64,000 bases of DNA from Candidatus Bathyarchaeota archaeon (GTDB lineage Archaea > Thermoproteota > Bathyarchaeia > 40CM-2-53-6 > RBG-13-38-9), in assembly GCA_963807605.1 (NCBI GenBank), contig CAWECG010000004.1, positions 192,001 to 256,000 of the forward strand, read 5' to 3'. The notes below the pieces were generated by a model that did not search any database, was not told the origin of the DNA, and saw only the letters and a program-made list of their open reading frames with translations. Positions 38,474-49,429 of this stretch are shown here, piece by piece. A program made the translations under genes and the position numbers. Positions within the stretch are counted from its first letter, which is position 1. Each line of letters opens with the position of its first letter.

Positions 38474-40537
38474 CTAGACAGAGGTACCTGCGGTCCTTTT
38501 GACCTTGCCATCCTCTGGTGAATAGATCACTCCGTCTTTTATCAGTCGGCTCACAATCATTTTTGCCTGCTCTTCGCTCATCGACTTCTTCTCCTGAAGA
38601 GCCTCGTATAATTTGGTCTCTTCTACTGTGCCTGTCTCTTTCTCCATCTCAGCAATAAGGTCGAGGATGTCCTTCATCCTATCCACAAGGCTCTTGGGCT
38701 TTCCTGTCATGATGACGTCGATGTCGATCCTTCCAGTACTGGTGTCAATTCCCACATCTTGGAGCGAGACCGTCATCAGTCTGATTATTGCTCTGGAATC
38801 TTCCACAGTCACCTTATCCCTCAAGTAGGCTTTTGATCTGGCCTCGCAAAGTCTGATGAGTGCCTCGAGTTGCCTTGGAGTTATCGCTATAGGTGATTCT
38901 GTGGCGGCGCCTGAGCCTGCCCTCATCTTCAGGTAAAAATCCTTAAGCTCAGCAGCCGCCTCATCTGTAAGAGTTGTCTTAATCTTCTTAGCGTAGCTGA
39001 TGTATTTTCTGAGAAGGTCCGGAGGGAGAGGCGCGGCGTCTGCAGTAGCCCGCATTCTGTGGAGTGTGAGGATATGTTCAGACATCCTGCTGTCGATTTC
39101 AATCTCAGGGATGTCACGCATCACGAAGATCAGGTCAAATCTTGAAAGAATGGTTACTGGAAGGTTGATGTTCTCGTTGATATTCCGGTAGGGGTCATAG
39201 CGTCCTAGGGATGGATTTGCCGCTGCGAGGATCGAGTCTCTAGCGTTAAGTGTTGCAACGATTCCGCCTTTTGCGATGCTTATAGTCTGTTGCTCCATCG
39301 CTTCATGGATTGCCACACGGTCATCTGGTTTCATCTTATCTATCTCGTCTATCGAACAGACTCCACGATCGGCAAGGACTAATGCACCTGCTTCCAAAAC
39401 CATTCCCCCGGTCTTCTCCCTGACAACAGCCGCTGTCAGCCCGGCTGCTGTCGATCCTCTACCACTAGTGTAGAGGCCTCTCGGCGCAACCCTTGAGACA
39501 TACTGCAGCAGTTGACTCTTCGCTGTTCCCGGGTCGCCCACCAAGAGTATGTTTATGTCCCCCCTAATGGTTATGCCATCGGGAAGCCTCTTCGGCACCC
39601 CGCCGAAGAGAAGATAGAGAATAGCTTCCTTCATGTCGTCGTAGCCGTAGATCGAAGGAGCTATCGACATGATGAGTTTACGATGTATCCACGGATCCTT
39701 TGAAAATTCAAGGATCTTCTGTTCTTCCTCAGGGGTTATCTCAACAACCTCAACCTCTTTTCCAGAGACCTCGACGTGATTAGCATCCATATAGAGGTTG
39801 AAGGTTCGAAGTCTTCCCTTCCTGCCTATGTACTCCTGCTCGGCTCTAACAATACCCGTGACTGTTACCCGATCCCCCGGCCTGGCGACATCGGCAAGGT
39901 CTTCCAAGACCCGTACGTCCATAGACCTAGGAAGTTGTCCGGGCGGCAGATCCTCAGGACGCTCCTGTAATCGGATCTCTTGAGAGTTCACATAGCTCGA
40001 TTCTTTCTCTTTGAAATCTAGAAACTTGCCCCTGCATCCAGGTCTAGGGCATGAGGTGGGCCCCTTCATGAAGAGACCTTTCTGGTCAACATGAACAGTA
40101 GCTCTGCATCTTCTACACTCAAACGCTGCTTTGGTAAGGTAAGGTTTTACCTGTGAGGCTCTGACTACAATTCCGTCCACTGAAATGAATCTGCCTAGGT
40201 GTTGGGAACCGACTTCCCTTAGTGATATTCGATTGGGCTCGAGAAGACCACGAAGCCTAGCAATGAAGTTCTTCGTACTCTCAGCATAGTCTGGATCTTC
40301 TATCTTCATCTGTGCCCAGATGGCTCTGTTGCAGTAATCCAAGTACTCCTCTGGGTTGGTGATGAGCTCCTGAGCGAACTGGCGATCGAATGCGATAAGA
40401 TCCTCAAATTCTATAGTCATTGCTTTTGAATTTGAGATCGCCATCTGCGATATGCGTCGCCTGTACTTTTCCTTGGAGTCAACCCTGAAGTCCTTGAGGA
40501 AGCTCTGGAATCTTTGTTCAGGACTTTTCTCGCTCAC
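38474..40537 (-). CDS. mcm: Replicative helicase MCM
   Basis: Zn finger, GDPGTAKSQ, IDEIDKM, SRFD, ITPRQLEAL; no intein. Start placed at the GTG overlapping the gins stop. Confidence 0.97.
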   Translation of the reverse strand: MSEKSPEQRFQSFLKDFRVDSKEKYRRRISQMAISNSKAMTIEFEDLIAFDRQFAQELITNPEEYLDYCNRAIWAQMKIEDPDYAESTKNFIARLRGLLEPNRISLREVGSQHLGRFISVDGIVVRASQVKPYLTKAAFECRRCRATVHVDQKGLFMKGPTSCPRPGCRGKFLDFKEKESSYVNSQEIRLQERPEDLPPGQLPRSMDVRVLEDLADVARPGDRVTVTGIVRAEQEYIGRKGRLRTFNLYMDANHVEVSGKEVEVVEITPEEEQKILEFSKDPWIHRKLIMSIAPSIYGYDDMKEAILYLLFGGVPKRLPDGITIRGDINILLVGDPGTAKSQLLQYVSRVAPRGLYTSGRGSTAAGLTAAVVREKTGGMVLEAGALVLADRGVCSIDEIDKMKPDDRVAIHEAMEQQTISIAKGGIVATLNARDSILAAANPSLGRYDPYRNINENINLPVTILSRFDLIFVMRDIPEIEIDSRMSEHILTLHRMRATADAAPLPPDLLRKYISYAKKIKTTLTDEAAAELKDFYLKMRAGSGAATESPIAITPRQLEALIRLCEARSKAYLRDKVTVEDSRAIIRLMTVSLQDVGIDTSTGRIDIDVIMTGKPKSLVDRMKDILDLIAEMEKETGTVEETKLYEALQEKKSMSEEQAKMIVSRLIKDGVIYSPEDGKVKRTAGTSV

Positions 40538-41111
40538 TTTTGCTCCTCCAGAGATAGAACCTTCTGCCTCCATTCACTAACTATGGCGCTGAGTTGGTTA
40601 TAGAGTGCTCTCTCCTCCGCTGTCATCTTTTGGAGATTTGTCTCTCTTTGTGGAGGCGCTGCAGCCAGATGCAGTATCTTCTGTACTCGACAATTGACTA
40701 TGTCTTTGAATTGGCTCTGGGCTTTGTCAAGCTCGACTTTTCTTGACGGTTCGCGATTGGACTCTTCTGTTAGGTCGTCAATTAGGCGTCTCAATTTGTA
40801 GTAGAAGTCGTATTCCATTGGGGGGATCTCTTGGAACTGGGGATGGATTCCCTCCAGTGGATCTTGGATAGTGTAGACATTTCAAGTGGTTCACGTTCGA
40901 GGAGCTTGACTATCATTTCCTTGGCCAATTCCTTGGCCATCCAGCTTGGCACCTCGACCTCCTCCCCCTCTTTCAACGGGCCGAATTTTTCACCACCAAG
41001 GAACAATTCGGGCGAGTCGTGGAGAACTCTAACTTTTACGGGCGAGGAATCTAGATCTAGTTCAATGTCGGTTACTGACAAAATCGATTCACGTAGGATC
41101 CGTATGTGCAC
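40534..41111 (-). CDS. GINS subunit (Gins23/Psf2-like), frameshifted at a G6 run (40820-40825)
   Basis: B-domain VKVRVL..GPLKEGEEVEVPSWMAKEL followed by A-domain DFYYKL...RVQKILHLA...MTAEERALY; directly upstream of mcm. Confidence 0.82.
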
Positions 41112-41791
41112 CCTAATGGACTTTCACGCAAGAAAATAAACATTGAGAACAATCGTAATAGCTTTCGTGGTAGCGGACGGTGATGAGCGTAACAGACGTG
41201 TTTATTCTCCGTCAGTTGATGCATATTAAAGTAAAGTTCGTCGAAGCGCGTGTATTCCTTCTTTCTTGTTTTCACGAAGCTCTTACATGCCTTCAAGGAG
41301 GTCAAACATTGCGCCGTGCAATTCCATACTTCCATGTGCATGCCTTGTGCGTGCGCCTAGTAAGGACGGATCAAGCGCCAGCCACACAAGAGTCCTAGCG
41401 TGTATCGTGGTAATCGTGTCGTGCGACACACATTCCAACAGTTTGGATAAAAAGGTCAGTGGCATTAATCTCTGCGCTATGATGTCATTAGTAAAGCCCC
41501 AACACAACTAGTTGGATTCCCTGTCATGCCTCCCTACGCGGGCCATCTCTGCGTGTCAATAGCTTGAAGCGTACGTAGGCGTAATGGCATAACCCTGTCC
41601 TTCCGTCCTACTTTTCCTGTAGTTTCTTATCTTCATTGGATTAGGATGAGCCAAGATTTTGATAGAACAAAATGCTTTTTTGGAGGAGAGCGGACTTTTT
41701 TGTCTCACGCGAGAGTGTAATAAGCCTTATTTCGTTAGTAGGCTATTCTGGCGCTATACCTCGGAGCCGAGGTGCCCAACGGTTTTCAATT

Positions 41792-42619
41792 ATGACCTTG
41801 ATCCTCGAAAAGAAAGAGCTGGGGCCTAGCATCAAATCTTACACTTTGCTATCGCCCTTGATCGCTAAGAAGCAGAAACCTGGCCAATTCATAGTCCTAA
41901 GAGTCTCAGAAGAGGGCGAGAGGATTCCCCTAACCATCGCTGACGCCGACCCTGAAAAGGGAACCATAAGAATTGTTTTCCAGGAAGTTGGCCGGACGAC
42001 AAAGCAGCTTGGGAAATTAAATGAAGGGCAGGAAATAGCCGATTTGGTCGGCCCTTTAGGCCACGCCTCCGAAATTCGACCTTTTGGGACAGTAGTTATT
42101 GTTGCGGGGGGCGTGGGAATAGCAGAGGCGTATCCTATAGCTAGGGCTTTGAGAGCTGTGGGGAACAAGGTTGTCACAATACTTGGGGCAAGGCAGAAAG
42201 AGCTGTTGATACTGGTGGAGGAAATAAGCAGAGTCAGTGATGAACTCCTGACTATTACAGATGATGGTTCAAGCGGTCGGAAAGGACTGGTAACCGATCA
42301 ACTCAAAGATATCCTGGAAAGGGGGGCGGTCATTGATCGGGTAATGGCAATCGGACCAACTATCATGATGAAGGCCGTGTCTGAGTTGACCAAGAAGTAT
42401 AGCGTAGCCACGGTTGTAAGTCTGAATCCGATAATGATCGACGCCACTGGGATGTGTGGTGCATGCAGGGTCTCTGTAGGTGGTGAGACAAAATTCACAT
42501 GTGTAGACGGTCCGGAGTTTGATGGACACAAAGTCGACTTCGACCTTCTTCTCTCCCGACTCAGCATGTACAAAGACAAAGAGAAGGTCTCAGACCATAA
42601 ATGCAAATTGGAGAATTGA
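41792..42619 (+). CDS. nfnA: NADH-dependent reduced ferredoxin:NADP+ oxidoreductase small subunit (NfnA/SudB)
   Basis: PGQFI, GERIPLTIAD, GGVG, DATGMCGACRV, CVDGPEF. Start placed at ATG 41792. Confidence 0.9.
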   Translation: MTLILEKKELGPSIKSYTLLSPLIAKKQKPGQFIVLRVSEEGERIPLTIADADPEKGTIRIVFQEVGRTTKQLGKLNEGQEIADLVGPLGHASEIRPFGTVVIVAGGVGIAEAYPIARALRAVGNKVVTILGARQKELLILVEEISRVSDELLTITDDGSSGRKGLVTDQLKDILERGAVIDRVMAIGPTIMMKAVSELTKKYSVATVVSLNPIMIDATGMCGACRVSVGGETKFTCVDGPEFDGHKVDFDLLLSRLSMYKDKEKVSDHKCKLEN

Positions 42620-42623
42620 TTAA

Positions 42624-44054
42624 ATGACTGGAAAGTCTGAGCAGCGGCCTGTCTCACGCTACGTTCAACGGCAGGAGGTCCGCAAGAGATCTCCATCAGA
42701 CCGGATAAAGGACTTTAAAGAGGTCTCATTTGGACTAAGCCAAGAGCAGGCCATTATCGAGGCCAGTCGTTGCCTCCAATGTCCAACCCCGACGTGTGTT
42801 CGATCATGCCCGGTTGGAATCGACATACCAGCATTCATCAAGCATATCAAGAATAGTGATTGCAAAGCCGCGGTTAGGGTTCTGCGAGACAGAAATAGCC
42901 TTCCTGAAGTCACTGGACGAGTCTGTCCGCAAGAGAGATTATGCGAAGCCGTCTGTGTCCTCGCGAAGAAAGGTGAACCTATCGCTATCGGAGCACTTGA
43001 GAGATTTGCGGCAGACTCCTCTGAAGACCTAGAATACACGGTTCAAAAATCGACTGGGAAGAAGGTTGCTGTTATCGGGTCTGGACCTGCAGGCCTGACA
43101 GTTGCCGCCGATCTTCAGAGACTCGGCCATCAGGTAACTATCTATGAGGCCCTTCATGAAGCTGGCGGAGTACTCACTTACGGCATACCATCATTCCGTC
43201 TGCCGAAAGAAATCACCAAGAAAGCAATCAATTACATCAAACATCTCGGCGTGAAAATAGAGAAGGATATTGTGATAGGAAAATCACTAACGATAGATGA
43301 TCTACTGAACTCTAACTACGATGCCATCTTTATTGGAAGCGGCGCAGGCTCACCAAAATTCCTGGGTATCCCTGGAGAAAATCTCAATGGGGTCTTCACC
43401 GCCAACGAGTTTCTAACCAGATGCAACCTAATGAGAGCCTACAAGTTCCCAGAATACGACACTCCAATCTTCGTTGGAGAAAGAGTTGCGGTGATTGGGG
43501 GCGGAAATGTGGTGATGGATTCAGCAAGAACTGCACTCAGACTTGGAGCAAGAAAAGTTCAGGCGGTCTATCGAAGGACAGAAAAGGAGATGCCAGCGAG
43601 GGTTGAGGAAGTTGAGAACACCAAGATCGAAGGCGTGGAATTCCTGACTCTTACGAGCCCAGTCGAGATCGTAGGCGATGAAGCAGATCGTGTCAAAGGG
43701 CTCGAATGTGTTAGAATGGAGCTCGGTGAGCCTGACAAATCTGGAAGAAGGAGGCCTTTGGAAATGAAGGGGTCAAACTTCACACTAGACTTGGATATGG
43801 TCATCATCGCCATTGGTCAAGGGCCGAATCCTATCATTCGTAATACAACACCCAATCTCAAGGTGGACGAAGATGGATACGTAATCGTCGACGGTCGCGG
43901 AAGAACCTCCCACCCTAAGATCTGGGCTGCTGGAGATATCGTGCCCAATTCTGACACCGTGATTGAGGCTATGGGCGGTGGAAGAAAGGTAGCGAGGGAC
44001 ATCAACTTGTTCTTGACAAGTACAGAAGTCGAGGCTGCGGCGTGGACAGATTAG
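42624..44054 (+). CDS. nfnB: NADH-dependent reduced ferredoxin:NADP+ oxidoreductase large subunit (NfnB/SudA, GltD-like)
   Basis: EASRCLQC..CPV, GRVCPQERLCEAVC, GSGPAG, YGIP.FRLPK, GGGNV.MD, YRR. Confidence 0.9.
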   Translation: MTGKSEQRPVSRYVQRQEVRKRSPSDRIKDFKEVSFGLSQEQAIIEASRCLQCPTPTCVRSCPVGIDIPAFIKHIKNSDCKAAVRVLRDRNSLPEVTGRVCPQERLCEAVCVLAKKGEPIAIGALERFAADSSEDLEYTVQKSTGKKVAVIGSGPAGLTVAADLQRLGHQVTIYEALHEAGGVLTYGIPSFRLPKEITKKAINYIKHLGVKIEKDIVIGKSLTIDDLLNSNYDAIFIGSGAGSPKFLGIPGENLNGVFTANEFLTRCNLMRAYKFPEYDTPIFVGERVAVIGGGNVVMDSARTALRLGARKVQAVYRRTEKEMPARVEEVENTKIEGVEFLTLTSPVEIVGDEADRVKGLECVRMELGEPDKSGRRRPLEMKGSNFTLDLDMVIIAIGQGPNPIIRNTTPNLKVDEDGYVIVDGRGRTSHPKIWAAGDIVPNSDTVIEAMGGGRKVARDINLFLTSTEVEAAAWTD

Positions 44055-44381
44055 TCAATGTGCATATTCATCAAGTGAGAACCTACGCGCCCGCGTCATC
44101 ACCTATGGGGAAAGCAGGTATTGCTAGCCCCTTTCTCCGAAATCCTGGTTGACAAATGTCAATCTGTTTTGCTGTTGCCATAGAAGTATAAATTGTGCGC
44201 CTAGATCTGTGCAGGAGCGTCACTATTTTAGCTGTTTTGTATCATATGTGCTGAAAGACTAGCGCCTTTAATGTCATTATAATACATATAATTCTTTACT
44301 ATACTTACGTTCAATTTGGAGACCCTGATAGAACGAGTATTCAGATTCGACAAAATGATGAATAGGAAAGGTTGATGTGTA

Positions 44382-45988
44382 TTGGTAGAACGTGTACAAA
44401 GAAATTCGGCATACCTCGACGGTAAGTCGACATCCGGAACCTCAACTAGAGTAAGAGACACAAACTGCACTAGTGGTATGTGTCCTATATGCATTAGAGA
44501 GTGTCAAAGTCTATGCGAAATTAGTCTCGCAGCGTTCAGGGGGAGGGAGGCTCTCTACCCTGATCCCCAGCAGTACGGGAAAAGTACCGCCAGCGCACTC
44601 AAAGATTATGGTCTTGACTGGTCGTATTTCAACATCCAGTCGTCACTTCTTGGAGCTGATGGGATAGAAGCAGACTCAGACCAAGCAGTCTTTCCGAATG
44701 TAGATATCGAGACAAGCGTAGGCGGGATTCCGCTAAAGATCCCCGTGTTGATCGGCGCATACGGATCAACAGATGTTGCAAGAGTCAACTGGCAAGGTCT
44801 TGCCAAAGGCGCAGCCCTAGCAGGGATAGTTATAACAATAGGCGAAAACGTCTGTGGCATGGATCCTGAGACAAGACTCACCAACGGAAAGGTAACCTTC
44901 TCAAAAGAATTATCGTCCAGAATTAAAGCCTTCAGAGAGTTCTGGGACGGCAAAAATGGAGAGGTGGCTGTCCAGACCAATGTTGAAGATCAGAGGCTCG
45001 GTGTAGGCACCTACGCCCTTTCTAAGCTTGAAGTAAACGTGATAGAGACGAAATGGGGACAAGGAGCCAAAGCGATCGGAGGAGAAGTAAGAGTCAACAA
45101 CCTAGAGAAGGCTCTAATGCTCAAGAAGAGAGGATATTTCGTAATCCCTGATCCAGAGGACAAAGCCGTTCAAGAAGCCTTCAAAACGGTGTCTTCACAA
45201 CATTCGAGAGACACAGCAGAGTTGGCATGCCAAGCGAAGAGGGCTTTCTCGAAGACATTGACCAGTTAAGAGAACAAGGTGCAAAATATGTCACACTCAA
45301 AACCGGTGCGTACAGAGCCTCTGCTGTCGCTTTGACGATGAAGCTGGCGTCAGCTGCCAAAATCGATTACGTGACATTCGACGGAGCAGGTGGAGGAACA
45401 GGTATGAGCCCAGTACCCATGATGGATGAGATGAACACCCCCACAGTGTACCTAGAGACTCAAGTCCTAAAATGCGCCGAGATACTGAGAAGTAAAGGGC
45501 GACATGTCCCCGACATTGTGATGGCAGGCGGATTCATAGACGAGAGTCAGACGTTCAAGGCAATCGCGATGAGCAACTTTGGTAACGGGCCGTACGTAAA
45601 AGCAGTCCTTTTCGGTCGCTCACCTTTGACCGCGGTGATGAAGGCCTCATACTTCCTAGAGCTTAACTCGAAAGGCAGTCTTCCCAAGAGTTTTGTCGAT
45701 CGGTACAGCAAGACTCCTGAGAACTTCTTCTACTGTGCGAGCGAGCTTAAGGCAAAGTACGGAGAGAGATTCAAAGACATACCTTGGGAGGCTGTGGGAC
45801 TCTACAGTTACTTGCACGACAGAGTGAGGGTAGGCCTTCAACAACTCATGGCCGGAGCACGCAAATGGAAACTCGGCCTCCTGTCAAGATCCGACCTGAT
45901 TGCCTTAACTGAAAGAGCCTCCAAAGTCACTGGGATACCAACACCTGAACAATCAGAAGTAAACCTGATCGACGAAATACTGTCATGA
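44382..45988 (+). CDS. Stand-alone FMN-binding glutamate synthase family protein (frameshift at A4 run 45183-45186)
   Basis: N-terminal Cys cluster CPICIRECQSLCE, GENVCGMD, KWGQGAKAIGGE, LKTGAYR, DGAGGGTGMSP; one extra A restores FKNGVFTTFERHSRVG. Confidence 0.82.
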
Positions 45989-46085
45989 TCTCACGCCAAT
46001 AGCGCGGGTTAGAAGCTTCCAACAATATTTTTAGACTCTTCACAGCCTCTTCTCCAACTATCAAGTTTGAAGTGGATGGGGTATT

Positions 46086-47045
46086 TTGGAAGCTGCAATG
46101 TGGGTTGAGAAGTACAGGCCGCGCGTACTCGGTCAAATAAGGAATCAAGAGGAGATAATGGAGCGGCTTAAGAGATTCGTGAAAGCGCAATCCATGCCTC
46201 ACTGCCTCTTCGCCGGGCCACCAGGAACCGGCAAGACCACTGCTTCACTATGTCTGGCTCATGAATTATTCGGCGAGAGGTACATGGATGCTTACATGGA
46301 ATTGAACGCCAGCGATGCACGCGGCATAGATGTGGTAAGGACCACAGTGAAGGATTTCGCCAGAATATCAACCATCACTAGGGTGCCCTTCAAACTTCTA
46401 GTTCTAGATGAAGCAGACAATATGACCTCTGACGCACAGCAGGCATTACGTCGAACAATGGAGAGATACGCAGAAAGCTGTCGCTTCATCTTATCGTGCA
46501 ACTACTCAGGAAAGATAATCGAACCTATTCAATCCAGGTGTGCACTTTTCAGATTCACAAGACTCAAGGAAGAAGATGTCTTAGCGCATCTCCAAGAAAT
46601 CGGGAAGCAGGAACATGTCAACTCCGATCTTTCAGGGTTGAAGGCAATAGTCTCTGCCAGCGAAGGCGATATGAGACGTGCGATAAATGTCTTTCAGGCA
46701 GCAGCATCATACGGTAAGAGTGTTGATGAGGAGTCAGTCTACAAAGTGCTTGGAAGGGCGAAACCTCAGGATGTCGCTGAAATCCTTTCGCTAGCTTTGA
46801 GTAACAAATTCATTGAGGCAAGGGACAAGCTTCGGACTATGTTGATAGAATATGGTATCTCAGGCCAAGACGTTCTGAAACAAATCCATTCGGAGATCTT
46901 CCGGATGGAGCTACCGGAGAAGGAAAGGATTGAAATTGCCGAAGCTTTGGGTGAGGTCGACTTCAGAGTATCTCAGGGGGCAGACGAAGAAGTCCAATTA
47001 AGTGCTTTACTGGCTAAAATCGTATCGACGCACCTAGGAAGATAG
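46086..47045 (+). CDS. rfcS: Replication factor C small subunit
   Basis: WVEKYRP, GPPGTGKTT, ELNASD.RGID, DEAD, IQSRC. Confidence 0.97.
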   Translation: MEAAMWVEKYRPRVLGQIRNQEEIMERLKRFVKAQSMPHCLFAGPPGTGKTTASLCLAHELFGERYMDAYMELNASDARGIDVVRTTVKDFARISTITRVPFKLLVLDEADNMTSDAQQALRRTMERYAESCRFILSCNYSGKIIEPIQSRCALFRFTRLKEEDVLAHLQEIGKQEHVNSDLSGLKAIVSASEGDMRRAINVFQAAASYGKSVDEESVYKVLGRAKPQDVAEILSLALSNKFIEARDKLRTMLIEYGISGQDVLKQIHSEIFRMELPEKERIEIAEALGEVDFRVSQGADEEVQLSALLAKIVSTHLGR

Positions 47046-47054
47046 TGTAGAATT

Positions 47055-48314
47055 TTGCACGTAACTTGGACACAGAAATATAGGCCACGCCATCTTAGCG
47101 AGATTGCGGGGAACAAAGAGGCTATCCTAACACTCAGAGAGTGGCTTGCCTCTTGGAGCAGATCGCCACCAAAGAAGAAGGCAGCACTCCTATGCGGCCC
47201 AGCCGGGACTGGAAAGACCGTGACAGTCGAGGCTGCCTCGAGGGATCTCAACTTCGATTTGGTCGAGATGAATGCAAGTGATCAGCGCACAACCGCTTTA
47301 ATAGAGAAAATCGTTGGAACCGCAGTAGAACAAAGCACACTGACCGCAGGTAAGAGGTTAATACTGCTTGATGAGGTCGACGGAATAGACCCAAGCGCAG
47401 ATCGAGGCGCAGTAGCCGCGATGTCTTCCACAATAGAACGCACGAAATGGCCTGTCATCCTGACGGCTAATGATCCATGGGATCCGAGACTAGCTCCTCT
47501 TCGCATTCTTTGCTTGACGATACAGTTCAAGCGCCTGGGATTAAGAGATACCATACCGTACCTCAAGAGAATCTGTGAAAAAGAAGGAATAGCGGTCGAG
47601 GAGAAGGCGCTGAGATTCATTGTCGAAAGAAATGAGGGAGACATGCGCTCGATCCTGAACGACATGCAGACACTTGCAACCGGAAGGAAGGAGCTTACCT
47701 ATGATGACGTCACATGGCTAGGATGGCGGGATCGAAAAGATAGCATTTTCGACGTGTTAGCTACAATCTTCAACGCAAAAACCTGCCTGTGGGCACGGAA
47801 GGCTATCGATCTTGCAGATGTGGATTACGAGATGCTTTTCGAGTGGATATATGAGAACGCTCCTACCCAGCTCGCAGATCCTAAAGATAGAGCGAAAGCT
47901 CTAGAAGTTCTGGCGCAAGCTGACCTCTACATGGCAAGAATCCGAAAGACCCAAGACTGGAGCCTGCTCGTATACGCCCTCGATCTGATGACCGCAGGGG
48001 TCGCCATGTCTAGGGAACAGACGAAACCAGGATGGATCAAGATGAGGTTCCCAGAGCGGATCAAACTCCTGAGCAGGCTAAGAAGGCACAGGGCATTAAG
48101 AACGTCAATCGGCAGGAAGATCGCATCCAAATGTCACATATCCACTGCCGGAGCTATTCGATACTACGTGCCATACGTCAAGCAGTTACTTGAAGGCGAT
48201 CCAGAATCCGCAGAGGCAATATCTACCTGGCTTGAGCTTGACGAGGATATGAAAGAATACCTTTCAGACGGGCCAACGGCGACTAAGAAATCAGTTACAC
48301 AAACCAATCCGTAA
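47055..48314 (+). CDS. rfcL: Replication factor C large subunit
   Basis: WTQKYRP, GPAGTGKT, EMNASD.R, DEVDG, GDMRS. Confidence 0.95.
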   Translation: MHVTWTQKYRPRHLSEIAGNKEAILTLREWLASWSRSPPKKKAALLCGPAGTGKTVTVEAASRDLNFDLVEMNASDQRTTALIEKIVGTAVEQSTLTAGKRLILLDEVDGIDPSADRGAVAAMSSTIERTKWPVILTANDPWDPRLAPLRILCLTIQFKRLGLRDTIPYLKRICEKEGIAVEEKALRFIVERNEGDMRSILNDMQTLATGRKELTYDDVTWLGWRDRKDSIFDVLATIFNAKTCLWARKAIDLADVDYEMLFEWIYENAPTQLADPKDRAKALEVLAQADLYMARIRKTQDWSLLVYALDLMTAGVAMSREQTKPGWIKMRFPERIKLLSRLRRHRALRTSIGRKIASKCHISTAGAIRYYVPYVKQLLEGDPESAEAISTWLELDEDMKEYLSDGPTATKKSVTQTNP

Positions 48315-48549
48315 CCCTCGCACCCCATTGTTATAAGAATTAACCACCATCGCCATTGTGTAACTCGTTCTTCGATTAAATTCTAAGTCATGTGAGAAAT
48401 GGTAGGCCGGACTATGTTCCTTCTTAGTTCACCGACTAATGATTCTGCGATCTTACGCGTATCGAAGGGCTTCTTTCTGTTATGAAACGTCGGCTCTAAC
48501 AATCTGAAAAGACGACGGATTGATTCTGAGGATACCGAATGCCAAGATC

Positions 48550-49044
48550 TCATCGGGACCATTTGGAAGATTTGCGAAATAGCTCTTCAATGCCAAGGCC
48601 AGGAAGTGATCCTCTGTAGATCTTACGGAAAAGTTTCAGACCATCTTCTTTTGAAATCATGCATGATCTGGACGCCTTGATAATTACTGAAGGAATCCCT
48701 TCTGTGCTTATTTCGAGAAGCCTGGCGAGCGTATCGACTTCTCTATCATTCGTCACAACCGGCTCGGCATCGTATTGGAGGGCGAGGGCAACGCATGATT
48801 CTTCATGTGGCGACAATCTTATTCCGCTTCTTGACTCGATTCTGTCTACGCGCATGAAGGAGTCCGTATCGGCATCAATTAGCGTAAGCCAGCCGTCGGT
48901 TAATGCGTTGTCGAGTGAGTTACTTGGAATTTCTTGTATGATTGATGTAGGCAGAATTACTTCGTTGTAGGCGCCCTTTAGAAGATGAAGGGCATTATGC
49001 TTCAGGAGCGGTATCAGGATAGTTGGGTCTGTTGTTGCCGTCAT
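48550..49044 (-). CDS. PIN-domain (DUF3368/VapC-like) toxin
   Basis: TTDPTILI, IIQEI, HEESCVALA, VTNDREV. Start placed at ATG 49044. Confidence 0.65.
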   Translation of the reverse strand: MTATTDPTILIPLLKHNALHLLKGAYNEVILPTSIIQEIPSNSLDNALTDGWLTLIDADTDSFMRVDRIESRSGIRLSPHEESCVALALQYDAEPVVTNDREVDTLARLLEISTEGIPSVIIKASRSCMISKEDGLKLFRKIYRGSLPGLGIEELFRKSSKWSR

Positions 49045-49336
49045 TCTCAATCGACTCCTTGACCAAGAGGTCAAGGTTGTAGCGAGGGGTGATCCCTTTC
49101 TTTCGCATCTCTTCAAGAAGTTCGGCCAGACTTACCGCAGCCATCTCAGCGGCGCGTCCCACAGAGATGGATCCTCTTTCATACTGCTCGAGCGCGAAGC
49201 GAATCCTGAGCTCTCTCGCGCCCAGCTTGATCGATTCGACTAGGAGTGCTGACCTATTCACTCTCTTCACGCGTGCCAGTTCGTCTATGCTTCTTAAGAG
49301 TTCGCTGGGAATACTGAAGGAAATACGTGATCTCAA
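48995..49336 (-). CDS. RHH + UPF0175-type antitoxin
   Basis: RISFSIPSELLRSIDELA..NRSALL followed by ALEQYERGSISVGRAAEMA. Confidence 0.75.
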   Translation of the reverse strand: MRSRISFSIPSELLRSIDELARVKRVNRSALLVESIKLGARELRIRFALEQYERGSISVGRAAEMAAVSLAELLEEMRKKGITPRYNLDLLVKESIENDGNNRPNYPDTAPEA

Positions 49337-49429
49337 ATCGACTACCGCCCGAGGTCATATCTCCTCAATATCTAAGAAGATTCCTGTTAGTAAGTTTTCG
49401 AGAAGGAATTTCTCCTAAATGGCGTTTGC

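Noticed and set aside
41112-41790. Replication origin or small genes upstream of gins-mcm
   Set aside because: No ORB/mini-ORB repeats, no cdc6, and the short ORFs have no recognisable motifs
42624-44054. Annotation as glutamate synthase small subunit GltD
   Set aside because: Pairing with the upstream PyrK-like FAD/2Fe-2S gene is the NfnAB/SudAB arrangement
38474-47045. Inteins in MCM or RFC
   Set aside because: Protein lengths and Walker motifs are uninterrupted
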